NCBI GenBank assembly: GCA_013239625.1 | Contig: MU057340.1 | Location: forward strand, 2,295,289-2,359,288 | Origin: Lama guanicoe | Lineage: Eukaryota | DNA: 64,000 bases | Direction of reading: 5' to 3' | Part shown: positions 1 to 13,650 of the stretch, piece by piece | How the letters are laid out: every line of letters begins with the position of its first letter | Position numbering within the stretch: the stretch's first letter is position 1 | Translations under genes and position numbers: made by a program | The notes under the pieces: model-generated | What the model saw: only the letters and a program-made list of their open reading frames with translations | Told to the model about the DNA's origin: nothing | Databases searched by the model: none

Positions 1-1639
1 TTGACATCATTGATATCTCTGTTAGAATGATTTAGGAAAACGCATTCTGACTCTTTCTGAGGTTTGAATGAATGCAAGTTAATTTTTAGGCACTCGATAC
101 ATGTTCTGTGGGAAATGAAGATATATTTGAAACATTCTCAGGGGAATACCTTTCCTAAGAAACATAGTTCCGCTTAAAAAAAAGAAAAAAAGGAATCCAA
201 ACTAAGATCTTCTCAGAAAAAGCTCACTCAAAAATTTTGTGAATCAGATTTAAGAATGAGAAAAATTTCTGAAGGGAGTGAGTTTATATTGGGGAATTAT
301 ATTTATATTTATATATAAAATAATATATCTGACTTCAGTGTAAATGCTGGACCCTTAAAAATGATCAAGTGTACTTACTCTTTTTCTTTTTAATTTCTGA
401 GTCCAAGAGTTGAGAGATAGATGAAATGAAATTACAGATTCTTCTGTAAACTCAACAAAATATGTCTGGGAACTTTCTTAGTATTCTCTCCCCTGACACA
501 TTTGTGAGGTGGAAAAGGCATAAGACCCTCCCGTGGCTCTATGGTACCCTGAGAGTAACATAGTAATGGTTACCATGGCCTCAAATGTCCGGCCTGCCCC
601 GGCCCTGGCCCCCTCTTTCTCAAGACACCGCAACTTCTCAGGACTGGAGCACGCGTCCTTCAGCCAAACTCATCTTCCACGGGTATCCAGGAGGCTAACT
701 CCTCAGAGAGGCCTCACCAGCCCTGAGGAGTTTTCTCCATGGCTTGTGTATTTCCCTCATTCCAGGTCTCCCCCTTGCGTCCCCAGCTCCAGTAGATACT
801 GATGCGGGTGAGGCCCTCACCTCCGTGCCGGCATCCGAGACTCAGCCCGTGACCTGTTTCTCTGAGCCGAAGTCTTCAACAAGCAGCTTCCATTCTGCTC
901 CTAGAATGCTCATTCTTCTTGTTTACTGCTCTTATTTATTTCTACCGATGAAAGAAGTATGTGCACATTATAACAATCCAGGAGGCCAAGGGGTCACAGT
1001 GCCAGTCTCTTTCCCATCCTAACCTCTCTCTCCCACTTCCTCCTCCCCCCCCCGCCCCCCGCCTTGTTGTCAGTGTCTTGTATTTTCTTCTAGACATTTT
1101 CCGTGCATCTGAAGCCCAGGTGTAGTGCCTGGATACACCTGCTGGCAGCTACTTAGGTTAGATCTAGTGTCTTACTTTGCTGGTGCTTAAACAGCCCAGG
1201 TCTCTTCCCAGCTACTGTTTTCCCCATGTAGCATGAAGTAGATTCGAGGTGGAGAGTCTTCTGGAACAACTTCCCAGCCGCGTCCTGCCTGGGCTGCCGA
1301 GTCGGGTGATGGGGTCGGGGGAGGATGCGGGCAGGAAGTTTGTGAGCCGCACACTGGGCGTGTTGATGGGGATAACTTGCTCCTTGTAAGTGTGCTGGGT
1401 GGATGATAACCACGGGGGGCTGCTTCTGAGCAGCTGAAGCCAGGAGGGAGGAACAGGCTGAAACACGGTTTGGGAACTTCATCCTGATAACACTCCCGCC
1501 TCTGGGTTCCTCTTTCAAACCCTCATGGTCCTGTCTTCAAAGGTTGATGCCTGTCCCACCCCTGTCCCCACACCGGCGACCCCGCTTAGCAATGCTGGCT
1601 CTCTGATGGTACACGGAAGGCGGAGTAGTATTTCAGTCC

Positions 1640-2120
1640 GGCTTCTCTGAGTACCACGAGGCTTCTCCTGACCCTGGTCCCTCCTTCCTAGCTGGACTCA
1701 CCTCCTCCCATCTCCCGGCTTCCTGCCGCGCTAGCCCACAAATGCTCCTTGTACTTCCTCAGATGCTGTGTCCTGCTCTTCACTGCCATCCCCGTGCGCC
1801 TGTTCTGCCCTTGGCCTCAGAAGCTCTTAGTTCCTGACACCCATGCTTTGTTTTCTTGCCGAATTTTATGTATCTCTCAAAATTGAGATGAAAGATTCCC
1901 CTCTTCCGGGAAGCCTTCCCTGACGCTCCAGGCTAATTGAAATGCACCTTGGTTCTCATGGTCCCGTGGACACTGGTCACTCAGGAACTTTACCCAATAC
2001 TTGCATCGTTGTGCGGTTGCTCTTCGCACTACAGACACTCCTCCAAGGCCGGGTCCCGTCTTCTCCCTTCTGTCTTCTCAGCGCCTAACATAGTTGGCGC
2101 TCAGATATTCGTTGGACTAG
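1640..2120 (+). mobile_element. L2 LINE 3' fragment (old)
   Basis: Typical L2 3' motifs: ctcttccgggaagccttccctgac and tcttctcagcgcctaacatagttggcgctcagatattcgttgga. Boundaries approximate. Confidence 0.65.
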
Positions 2121-2206
2121 GATCATTTTTGAGGTCTCTCTGCTGAGGCCAACGTGGCTGCAGCAGGTTGAGGATGTATGTTTGCAGATAAAGATCTCAG
2201 AAAAAA

Positions 2207-2297
2207 GGGGGCAAAGTATAGCTCACTGGTAGAGCGCATACTTACCGTACATGAGGTCCTGGGTTCAATCCCCAATACCTCCATTAAAAAAAAAAAA
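2207..2297 (+). mobile_element. Camelid tRNA-Ala-derived SINE (Vic-1 type), short form
   Basis: gggggcaaagtatagctcactggtagagcgcat...gtcctgggttcaatcccc...poly(A). A and B boxes present. TSD ctcagaaaaa at 2196-2205 and 2299-2308. Confidence 0.92.
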
Positions 2298-3736
2298 CCT
2301 CAGAAAAAGGAATAGCAGCTTTTTCAAATGAGTGTAAACCAGGGGGAAAGCTGCACCTAGGATGCCTCTACCTCTGTGCATAGCAGGGATGGGGAAAGGG
2401 GGATGCAGCCCCCTTGTCTCCCTTTCCCCGTCCCTCCACTCCCCCTCCACCCTGTCTCCTCTTGGACAGAAGGATCCAGGGTTCTGTTGATGGGGACTTG
2501 CTCACTGCTACTAGAGCACATCTTTGAGTCTCCACGCTGACAAAGAGCTGCTGTTTCCAGCGGAGAGTGGAGGAGGGGTCTCAGCAGCTGCTTGCAGTTC
2601 TGCCTCCCTCCTCCCTGCATTCTGCACACAGCATTTAATTAAAAGTGTGGCCAGGGTGCATTAGCACGGGGGTGTCCTTGTCACACTGCCTTGGTGGTGA
2701 CTCAGGGGAGCTGGACAGGGAGCCCCAGCTGGACTCATCTCATTAGGCTTGGCCCTTCCTTGCTGAGCCTGGGCTCTGCTAGGAAGTGGGCCGGTGCCTG
2801 TGGGAAACTCAGGAGGGTTTTTCCCATTTTTTCCTGTTGCCTCTCAGTCTCTTTCTGGTCCTATTTGTTAGCCAGTGACAAGAAGGAGTTTTCTGGTCTG
2901 CTTGTATTCCAGGGCTGTGATTTGGTCCTCTGGGAATTGCCTCTTAAAGATGAATTTCAGGCCTAGCTCCTCATTGAGAAGATGTTATTTCCTGGTGCCC
3001 TGTCCTCAGGGCTGAAATGTAGGTTATTGAGAATCAGAAGTAACAGATGGTGCCCGCTGAACTAAGAGACCCCTCCTTCCCCCAATAAAGGAACTTGGTC
3101 CTCACTTTGCATTCCTGGCAGCCTATCCTTCCTTCCAGCGGGTGGATGTGTTCATCCAGTCCTTAGCGAGTGCCTGTTGCAGAGGGACAGTATGCTGTGC
3201 TGGATACCACAGAGGACATTAGGGAGTGGAGCAATCTGTCCGACCTCTTGAAGAGCTTAGGTCTAATGATAAGGGGAAGTCTGTCGACACCAGAGCAAAA
3301 TGGTAGGGCAGTGGGGTAGGATGGATAACCTGAAACCCTCCCCTACTCCCCCACTAGACACATAGGATACTTGAGAAAGGACATCACTGATTGTTAGAGA
3401 AAGGCCAGTCTGCAGCCCCCAGGGGTGCCCCCCAACTCAGAAGCAATGAGGTGAAGTCAGAGCTATTAATGCAGAAGCCAAGGCTGCCCTGGGTGGGAGT
3501 GCAGGAAGGCTTAGGAAGGGCTTAGGAAACTAAGATCTCAGTATAAAGTAAATGCACTGGAGGACTTTATCTTCAATGGAAGGATGGATCTGAATAAACT
3601 CACTCACTAGCCTAGGAAGACAGTGAGCAAGCTTATCTGACTCAGCATAGCTCTGCACAGGGTGAGGGTTGGGAGTCTTCACTAGAATTTACACGTGTGA
3701 GCCCTGACCTCATACAAGTTTGTGTTTGGAATTTTC

Positions 3737-4134
3737 ATAGGTTGACTTCCTAAGAAATAGAGTCCGAGACTCTGAGATTTACTGCAGGAAGTGTCTTGGG
3801 GGTGGAGGCTGAGAGAGACTGTCAGGAATACTACCCAAAAGGGAGCGAGGGGCACAGGGCAGAGGGAGAAGTCAGTGCTGTTGCCTCAGAGGCTTGTCCC
3901 CTGGGGACTTGAGGCTGGGATGACCCTTCAGAATTGTTAATCGAAGCAAGGTTGCCAGACCAGTCATGGGTGTGGGGTGCCCCATGGAGAGGTGCAACCT
4001 TGGGATTCCTTCGGGAGAGGGCAGAGCTGGGAGGGATGTAGCTGAAAGCCATCAACAGCCTTCATCCCAGCAGCTGCAGGGATGGATGCCCAGGTCTGAA
4101 GAGAGGATCTAGGGCATACACCATAGCGTCCACT
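3737..4134 (-). mobile_element. ERVL solo LTR, LTR16-like
   Basis: ctgagatttactgcaggaagtgtcttgggg ... gatctagggcatacaccatagcgtccact resembles the LTR16 family as recalled. Confidence 0.55.
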
Positions 4135-4469
4135 TTAGGAGTTGATACCACCCCTGGGAACCCTCCAGCTGAGATGCTAAGGAGGATGTGGTCCTAGGTT
4201 GGAAATACCCAAGGAGTACCTGAAAGAAGCAAGTGTAGAACCTCAGCTAAGCCCCAGCAGATGAGCTTATCATCCAGCACTGGGCAGCTCCGGAGGAAGG
4301 GTCCACCATGACAAGAGTGACACAGTGGCATGGGTAGGACTTGAATTACAGATAAGAGCATTACCTGACAAAATCTGTAAAATGAGTATATTTACAGTCA
4401 AAAAGGAATCCAGTACATGGAAGGAAAAGACACTGAAAAGAGGAACTGGAAAATAATCAAATAACTATC

Positions 4470-6710
4470 TATTCTTGTTGTTTTTATGCAAGTCGTAACA
4501 TGGATGTAGTTTTTAAAAGTTAAGCTCTGTAACAGTCCCCCCTCTCTGTTTCCTCCTCGTCCCCACCCTGGCAATCATTTTGCCTTCGGTTGATTTTTGT
4601 ATTTACATATGTATGAATAAATGACAGACTTCTAATGCCAGCCCTTTCATTTTTGTCTTTTAGGCATTATTTGTTGACTTCCCACCATAGAAGATAATTT
4701 ACTCTTTACCTTCCTAGCCCCACACAAATATGCTGACTTCCTGAATTTCCATCCTCCCATAATAGTTCTGGTTTGCATTATTATGATTCTATAAATCTTG
4801 CTCACTGAGCTATACGGTCAAGAATGATTATTTCTTTTCTGCACCATTTTTAAATTTTCTCTGGCTTTAATATCTGTTTTGTTTATTCCTATGTTTACTT
4901 TTCTCTGACTTTGCTTCTTATTAAACTCTAATTCAGCACTTTTATTCCAGCCTCAACTTCTCTGTGGTATTTTCAGATGCGGAATTATGTCAGTTTCTTC
5001 TCGAAGAAATCTCTCTCAGAACCATTTGACATCCTCTCATCTGATTGGTTGCCCTTTCTACTAGGTGCCTTAGCTGCATCCTCGGATCACCTGTCACCAC
5101 TGATTTGGGCATTCCCAGTATTTCTCCCCTCCCTTGACTCCCCCATTTCCTGGATACCATGTTTTTCTCTTTTCTGGTTTACACCCTTATCTTCTCTTAA
5201 CTCCCTAGGAAGGGGCACATGGGAAGTGAAGCTTTCAAGCCTGAAATGTCATTAATATATCCTGACACTTGACTGATGGCTTAATAGAAAATTCTCAGTA
5301 GGAAATAATGTTCCTTAAGCGTTTTGAAGGTTTTGCTCTGTTCTATTCTTATTTCTAGGGTTACTATTTAAATCCTAGCCCATTCTAAATCCTAACCCTT
5401 TGTATGAGACTTGCAGTGGCAGGGTCTTTTTCACCACGTAAGTCCCATCTTNNNNNNNNNNNNNNNNNNNNNNNNNNNNNNNNNNNNNNNNNNNNNNNNN
5501 NNNNNNNNNNNNNNNNNNNNNNNNNNNNNNNNNNNNNNNNNNNNNNNNNNNNNNNNNNNNNNNNNNNNNNNNNNNNNNNNNNNNTACCTTCTTTTTTCTT
5601 TTCTTCTTCCTTCCTTCCTTTCTTTTGCCATTTTATCATTTCTGCCTTTTTCCTCTACTTTCTGGGAAATTTCTTCCACTTTGAAGTCCTACCTTTTTAC
5701 TAAGATTTTCATTCCTACTATCAAGTTGATTTTTTAATTGTCTGAGTGTGCCTTTTAAAAGTCACCCAACTTGTCTTACTGATCTTTTTCATAGATCTTA
5801 TCTTTCTGAAAAAGTATTAATGATAGTTAAAAAAAAATCTTTTGTTTCTCGTGATGTCTTCCTCTGGGGTGCTTTCTTTTCCTGTTTCCCTTGGGCTCAT
5901 CATTCATGTGAGGAATCCTCTGAGCGGTGAGCCTTGATTTTCTGCACAAGTTAAGAGTACATGTTGAAAAGCTGACTAGAGTTCTGAGCCTGTGGGTGGA
6001 CTTCCCTGTGGGTTGGACTGTTTTGTTGGGTGGATTGTGGTTTAATGCTTCCCAGTCCTTCCTCTCGGGCTTCGCAGGTTGCCCGGAGAAGGGCGTTCTG
6101 ATCTTCTGCCTGGAAGGTGAACGCCTGACTGCCTGAATTTTGCAAGCTGAGTTTGGGAGGAGGAGTGAGATCTCAGCTTTCTGTTTGGTCTGCCGGTTAT
6201 GAACTTGGTTTGGTTTTCTCACCTTTAGCTAAGTCTGGTGTTCCTCAAACAAGAGACTGTTCGACCTTCTTTAGAGAGTCAACCTCTACTATCTGATAGG
6301 ACATGTAGGCGGAAGGGCATTGCCCTTCTGTGCAGAGCTGGGGAGGGAATCTGGAGGAGTGCTTTTTAAATAGACTTTGAATCCATCACTGTTTTCAGTT
6401 CTCTTTGTTACACTGTACCACCAATTCTTGTTGTTTCTCCGCTTCTCCCAGTGCCCTGAGTGTAAGTTGGGTTGCCTTTTTGCTTTCACACTGCCATCTT
6501 AGGAATTTGCTTTCTGGAGTCTGTTAAATCAATTACTACTTGCCCATATGTTTTCTAGCATCCAAAAATAGTTTTTGTTGCCTTTTCCATTTTCTTCTTC
6601 TAATGGATTTGTCTTCCTTTTGAAGAAAAATTTCTCTGCTCTTGATTTAGTGAGTTTTTTAGAGGAAGCAAATGTAAAAGTGAGGAACCATCATGCCATA
6701 TTTCCCTGGA
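4470..6710 (-). mobile_element. Very old L1ME/HAL1-like fragments
   Basis: Long T-rich degenerate tract with motifs such as aaattctcagtaggaaataatgttccttaagcgttttgaagg, typical of antisense ancient L1/HAL1. Confidence 0.5.
5452..5584. other. Assembly gap (133 N)
   Basis: Run of N. Confidence 1.
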
Positions 6711-7572
6711 AGTGTCAAACGCAACAATTTGTAATGAAAAATATAGCTAGTGAATCAGAAATCAATGAGAAATTGTGAACCAAAATGTAGTCTGAGAAAC
6801 TTACCCTGAATGTAGCACAGTCATACTTCTCTGTCATATTTTCTATCCAAGAGACATGGAGGTTAGGAAAATTTCCAGTATAAATGGGTAAGAATTCCAA
6901 AAGTAGGAAAAGGGGAAACAGAGAAGAGTTGGTGTATTTAGAGGTACCTGAGACTTTTGGAATTGACGGAAGGAATAGTGTATATACATTTTAAACCGTT
7001 AGGGGGGGAAGAGAGAATTAGAAACTTATGTTTTTCAGTAGATAGCAGGAAAAGGGAGGGGGGAAGGTGCAGAAAAAGCATAGAAAGTGCAAAAAGTAGA
7101 AACAAATCCAAACGTTTGAGTAGTTAAGTATAAATGGATTAAATCTATCAGGTAAAAGTTAGGTAGATTGGATTTTAAAAATCTAGCGGTGTACTGTTAG
7201 TGGGAGGTAAATTTAAAACATAAAGCCACAGAATGGCTTAAGTATAGGGGTAGAAAAAGGTGTATCTGGCATATAGGAACCAAAAGTTAGTGAAGCTTTG
7301 TTAATCAGAGAAAATAAGAGACTTGAAGACAGAAAGCATTATTAGGCATAAAAGGTGTCACTATATAAACAAAGGTTCAGTTTATGCAGAAGACAAAACA
7401 TTTGTGAATCTGTATTTACCAAACAAAACTCCAAAGCCCCTACCACAATTGGTGGAATTGTAGGTGGAAATTGACAAATCATAATCATGATGGTAGACTT
7501 TATTCTCATTTGCTTGTTGAAAAATGAAAAGACAAAAAATTAGTGAAGACATCGACTATTTGACATGGAATT

Positions 7573-7928
7573 CAGTGATTTTCAAACATTTTTGATTGCT
7601 GTCTGTAGTAAAAAAAAATGCGCATGTGACCTAGTATATCTGAACTTAAGTTTTACATGTATGTATATATATAACATGCCATCATACCTAAGACACGTTT
7701 AATTATAGTATGCTACATGATTTTTGCACGAGGAAATTTTTAAAATGCTGCTGTTGAACTATGTATCATGCTGACCATCGTGTGAGTGACTTGATGCCAG
7801 AGATTTTAAAATAAAAAAAATGTGCACTATGATCATTTCTCTTCTCTTTCATTATAAAAAGTGCTGGTCACAATATATCAAATTGATTTTATGTGCCACC
7901 AGTGGGTTGTAACTTTAGTTTAAAGAAA
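7573..7928. mobile_element. hAT-Charlie MITE (Charlie4-like) nested in L1
   Basis: Starts cagtgattttcaaacatttttga and ends gtgctggtcac...aaattgatttt...ccagtgggttgtaactttagttt. Confidence 0.55.
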
Positions 7929-8618
7929 AGGGGTCAGTGTTGAACTGTGCATCCAACAAGTCTGTTTAATGTTATGGAACATTTATAAATGTGACCACTT
8001 CTATGGTCATGAAAGTAGTCGTATCCAATTACTAAGAAGCTATATTTTACTGTTCTCTCTCCACAGTGCAGTGATCATTTGAAATCAAGAATAGCTAAAA
8101 TACCTTTATATATTACGATGTATGCTGGGAGATTAACACCTTTCTGAGTATCTCAAGGGGGAGAGAGATGGAATATTTAGAATTTAAAGAAAATGAGAAA
8201 CTGAAAATCGATGAGCAAAACTATCTAAAGCAAGAGACTAAGAAACAGAAAAACAATGAATCCAAGATAGATGGAAGAAAAAAAAACAGTAGATTAAGAG
8301 TACAAATTAATGAAAGAGGAAAAGATACAATAGAATCAATGAAACTAAAAAATGTTTAAAACTAGTAAGATAGGCTTAGCTCTGGTAAGACTGATCACAA
8401 AAGAAAAGGAATGAAGAAAAGTAATTAGGAATTAAAGGAGGAGCAATAATTAGTAATAAAGAAAAATTTAGGAAATGATGATATTTATAGTTTTATGCCC
8501 ATAAATTTGAAAGCTTAGGTGAAATGCATGGTTTCCTAGAATCATAATCTGTCATGATTGACTTGAGGAAAAAGATGCCTGAGTATGCCCTATTTAAATT
8601 GAGGAAGTTAATCTAGGC

Positions 8619-8846
8619 CATTGATTCTCATTCAGGCATGATTTTGCACCTAAGTCCCTGCCCACTACATTACCAGGGAACATTTGGCAATGTAAGGAGA
8701 CGTATTTGGTTGTCACAACTGGTGCTACTGGCATCTGGTTGACAGAGGCCAGGGGTGCTGCTAAATATCCTACAATGCACAGGACAGCACTCCACAACAG
8801 AATTATCTGGCCCAAAATGTCAATAGTCCAAGGTGGAGAAACTCTG
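8619..8846 (+). mobile_element. MER20 (hAT-Charlie MITE)
   Basis: catttggcaatgtaaggagac...gctgctaaatatcctacaatgcacaggacagc...ggagaaactctg. Perfect 8-bp TSD atctaggc at 8611-8618 and 8847-8854. Confidence 0.93.
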
Positions 8847-10846
8847 ATCTAGGCCAGCATGGTTTTACAGGTGTTTTTATGAATAGTCAACAATTAGATA
8901 ATCCCAGTCTCATGTAGTCTGTTTCACTGAAAAAGAAGGAAAGTTTCTCATATCATTTTGAGACTGTTTCTACTTTGATATCTAAACCAGAGACAACAGA
9001 GAAGAGTTGATTGATAAGCATCACTCATGAATATAATTGCAGAAATCTTAAATAAGATACCAGCAAGCTAAATCTCTCTGTGCTTATATAACAAAGCAGT
9101 AACTAACCATCATTACCGTGTTGTGTTTATTTGAGGAATGCAAGGATGGTGTAATTAGAATATTTATTATGTAATTCACCATGTTCATAAATTGAGAGGA
9201 AAAGTTACAGCATATCTCAGTAGACATGCAAAAAGCATTTGCTATAATTCAAGACAAAATAAAAACTTTTAACAAAGAAGGGAATTGTTTAAACCTGATA
9301 AAGGGTACCTAACTTAAAATGTCGACAATTATAAATGGTAAATATTAGAAGCAATCTCATAAAATCTAGAATGAAGATAAGGATGCATGCTATTATCACT
9401 TCTCAGCACTGCTGTTGATGTCCTAGCCAGCTCAATAAGGCAACTAAGAGAAGTTAAAGTGCATATATGGGTTGGAAAGGGGAAAAAACCCCTCAGCATT
9501 CCTCACGTATGGTATATATAGTCTGCTCTACGGGGAGAAAACAAGCGAGTCTGCAGACACTGTTAGAAGAAATAACGTATTTCGGCAAGGTTGCTAAGGA
9601 TGAATAGGAATTTAATATACAAAAATCAATTGTGTTCCTATGCAATGGCAACCTAGAAGTAGAATTCTTAATTTTCATAATGATACCACTTCTGATAGTA
9701 ACAAACCAAAAGGAATAAATCTAATATATGTACAATTCCTTAATGGAGAAAGTTATAAAATATTATTAAAGTGCATGAAATAAAATTTGAAGAAAGCTCA
9801 GCTAACAAAAATAAATACAATAAAATTTTTGAAAAGTCTGAATAAAGAGAGAAATCCTATTTTCATGATTTGGAAGACATATAATAAAGATATCAATCTG
9901 TAGATTAACCTGAATACATGCATTCATTAAGAATTCCAATTATTTTTTTTCAATGAAGTTGATAAGCTCTAAAATTTATGGGGAGGAATAAAGGACTAAG
10001 AATAGCTAAGAAGATTTTGAAGAATAAGGTGTATGCCCTTTTCAAAACTTTAAAAACTACAGCAGTTGAGGTTATGGTATTTATTGGGGCAAACAGACCA
10101 AGGACGTTGAATAGGGAGTTCAGAATTAGTACCACACTTATATGGAAATTGATATGTGAGAGAAGAAACATCACTGATTGGGGGGGAAATAATGGTACTG
10201 GAAAATTGGTTGTGTAGAAAAAAATGCAAATTTCTACCTCCCACTATATACAAATACACATTCCAAGTGAGTTAAGAAACTAAACCTGAAAAGCAGAAAT
10301 GTAAAACCTTTAAATGAAAATGTGAGAATATAGACCCGGCATATGACTGGGCAGTAAAGATTTTGTAAATTTAAGACACAGAAAGTACAAACATCAATAA
10401 ATTTTTAACTATAACAGTTAAAAAAATGAATAAACTTAACATTAGTAAAATAAACGTCAGTAAATTTAACTACAGGCAGACTCAAAGCTTTGCACATAAG
10501 GAAGAAAACCATATAAAGCTGAAGATGAGCCTCTGGGAAAAGATAGTTACAAAGCTTGCGCCTTTTGTATGTATTTGAGGAGATACACGGACTGTTCATA
10601 GCACTTTTATTTGACAGCAAAAAACTGGGAGGGAGACAGAGGTCCATTAACAGACTTGACAAACAAACTGCAGTGTCTTAGTACTGTCGATTTCTATATG
10701 TAGCACCAGTTTTCTGCTTTATGAGACCCAATGTACCCTTTTTATAACTAATATTTTATCATATACATTTTACTGTCTTAAAATAAATTTCCATGTATAT
10801 ATACATGGTGAGTGTTAGGATTTGTCAAAACTCAGTAGGCAACATA

Positions 10847-11451
10847 CAAAAAACTAAAAACAGACTTGCCATATGATCTAGCAATCCCACTCCTGGGCAT
10901 ATATCCAGAGGGGGCTCTAATTTGAAAAGATACGTGCATCCCAGTGTTCATAGCAGGACTATTTACAATAGCCAAGACATGGGAGCAACCTAAATAATGC
11001 CATTTGCAGCAACATGAATGAACCCGGAGATCGTCATTCTAAGTGAAGTAAGCCAGAAAGAGAAAGAAAAATATTGTATGCTATCACTTATATGTGGAAT
11101 CTAAACAAAACAAAACAAAATATAACACAGATGAACTTATTTACTAGGTAGAGAGACTCAGACATAGAAAATAAACTTAACTTACGTTTACTGGGAGGAA
11201 GCGGTGGGAAGGGCTAAATTGGGCATTTGGAATTTGCAGATACTAACTACTACATATAAAATAGATAAACAAATAGATATTAGAGATACTATAGATAAAA
11301 TAGACAAACTGTGTAGCACAGGAAACTATATTCAATATCTTATAACCTATAATGAAAAAGAATATGGAAATGAATATATGTATTTACATGTATGACTGAA
11401 ACACCAGAAATTGACACAACATTGTAAACTGACTACACTTCAATTAAAAAA
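10847..11451 (+). mobile_element. Lineage-type L1, 5'-truncated (ORF2 C-terminus and 3'UTR)
   Basis: gcaatcccactcctgggcatatatccag ... attctaagtgaagtaagccagaaagag ... poly(A). About 20-bp TSD at 10827-10846 and 11452-11471, 3 mismatches. Confidence 0.92.
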
Positions 11452-11479
11452 AAAACTAAATAGGCAATATATATATTGG

Positions 11480-13650
11480 TGTTTATTCTTTTATTGTTGA
11501 ATCCTTGCAGTATAATCTCAAGTGAGACAACAAAGCAAGAGGATGACTAAGTAAAGATCAGATAATTGATTAAGTTTGTAGCTATACCATTATGATATTT
11601 TTTGCCCCCCCCCTGCTTTTTTGGGGCTATTGTCTACTGATTCTTTACTATGAATTAGTAACCTTTTCTTTCCCCTCCAGTCTCTATCCCCTAGCATCTA
11701 ATTTGAAATAATACCCTTTCACTCAGTCTATACCCATAAAGCAAATCAGTGAACACATTCTTCTTTTCATATACTCTCTCCATGTTTCTTCCCCCTTTAA
11801 AATATTGTATAGCATTTACGTTAGCAGATCAAATAGACATTACATACTCTATTATGTTGCCTATAACCATCATTTAGTCTTAGTTCTATAGGCAAATATA
11901 TTGCTAATTGTCACTGCTGATCCTTGGACTGATGTTTCATTTCACTTTGTCTGCTAGATTGCTCAGGGAGAGTTCATGGAAACATTTCTCTAGTCTTGCA
12001 TGTCTATAATATAATTTCTGTGACCTTTATACTTGAAGGTCATTTTGGCTGAATATAAAATCCTTGCTTCATGTCACCCCACCCTACCCCACCCCCAAAT
12101 ATCTTAAATCATTGTCTTATGGCATAAAGCATTGCTGTCAATGTTTGACAACACTGCTTTTCTTTCTCTCTCTTTTTAAAAATATATTTTTATTGAAGTG
12201 TAGTTAGTTTACAGTGTTGTGTCAATTTCTGGTGTACAGCACAATACTTCAGTCATATAGGCACGTACGTGTATTTGTTTTCGTATTCTTTTCACCATAA
12301 GTTACTACAAGATGTTGAATATACTTCCCTGTGTAATACAGTATAAACTTATTGTTTATTGCTTTTCTTTCTCTTAAAATTGATTGGATTTTTTTCGCAG
12401 GTGCCCAAATAATAACTTAAAAAAAGAAAAGACCAAGAGTTTTACCAAACTATGTCTTGGTGATCACTATTCTGGGTCAGCTTTTCCCAAGTACGAAGTG
12501 TAGCTTGATGTCTTCCCATTTCAGAAATGTTTTCTTGAATTATGGTTTTTAGTATTTGTTCTGCTCAGTTGCTTTGGTTTTGGGAGCTTCTGGTGTAGAT
12601 ATGTTGGCTTTTCCTTCCCTGTCATCTGTGTCTGTTATCTTTTTGTCTTTCACTTCTTTTTGAGTTTAAAGGTTTCCCTCCTTTCCATTTCCTAGTTCTC
12701 TAAAACTGTCACTATTTTTTTTTTTTTACTCTCTTGTTCCTTCTGGTGTTCTCTTCATTGCTGAAATGAAAATTTTCTTTTGGTTTGAAGCCTTTTCTGA
12801 GTTCATCTGTTTCTTTTCCAAATATTTTATTTCTCCAATCACCTGCTTCTGAACTTTTAAATTCTGGTTTATATATACATATGTTTTCCGTAATGTGTCA
12901 CTTTCTTTATGTCTCTGTGCTCGTTCTGAGATACTGTGTTAGAGTTTGCATCAGTTTGGTGAGCATGTTTTCCTGGTGTGTACTCACCATATACAGGGAC
13001 ATTTTTTTGATTCTCATTCTTTAATTGAATCATATTTGAGTGCAGTCTTTTTTCTGTGACTCACGTTTAAGTGAAATAAATCTTCCTGTACTTCTGTGAG
13101 CAAGAGTCAGTCTGGAGAGCTTTTTGAGCATGACAGCTTCTAGAACTCTTTCTTTTTTTTTCACAAAGTAATTAAAACATATATGACTTCGTTCTTTGGC
13201 TCTGCCTTGTGTTCTTTGGTTTTACTCCTGTTCCTCATTTTTCATTATGACTGAGCTTTCCTTTGCCCCAGTTGTTTCTGGCCTGTTTAATTTGGATTCT
13301 GCTTCTAGTGACTTCTCAGCGTGGACCCCTGTCCTGGAGGAGAGCTTTGCCATGTTAGTTCAGAGCACGTGGACAGCTTCAGCAGACTTGACCACTGTTC
13401 TGTGTACCTGCCCACGAGTTGGACCCTGTAAGGTTTTCTCTCAGTTTGGGCTGCCTTTCTCAGACTGACCTACCCCTCCTTCCAGTGATTAGCTGGTGTT
13501 AATTTGGGGGTTTTCTCCTCTTTTTTCACTGTTGATAGTATGCAGATCAGTGCTCATATTTTATGTTTTCTGGCAACACCTTTCACCTAGTTTTGTTGTA
13601 AATGTTTGAGTTTTTTGTTTTTCTGGTTTCCTGATGTTTTAATAGAGACA
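11480..13650 (-). mobile_element. Ancient L1M/HAL1-like antisense fragments
   Basis: T-rich degenerate sequence, e.g. atacttgaaggtcattttggctgaatataaaatccttg. Confidence 0.55.
12170..12359 (-). mobile_element. Lineage-type L1 3' end
   Basis: ttttattgaagtgtagttagtttacagtgttgtgtcaatttctggtgtacagc. Perfect 15-bp TSD tgcttttctttctct at 12155-12169 and 12360-12374. Confidence 0.93.

Larger units (their letters stand above)
6950..10690 (+). mobile_element. Old L1 (L1M-type) ORF2 remnant, fragmented, with nested MITEs
   Basis: A-rich, with L1 ORF2 motifs (ggaatgcaaggatgg; atctcagtagacatgcaaaaagcatttg; ggcaaggttgc...atacaaaaatcaattg). ORF 9978-10217 GRNKGLRIAKKILKNK resembles ORF2 WNQKRARIAKSILSKK. 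Many stops. Confidence 0.85.

Noticed and set aside
2207-2283. tRNA-Ala-like gene (also the five other copies)
   Set aside because: Followed by A-rich tails, flanked by TSDs and dispersed in multiple diverged copies, so these are SINEs.
5385-5737. ORFs spanning N runs (also 37202-37752)
   Set aside because: Their length is an artefact of reading through gaps. The real residues at 37202 are L1 ORF2.
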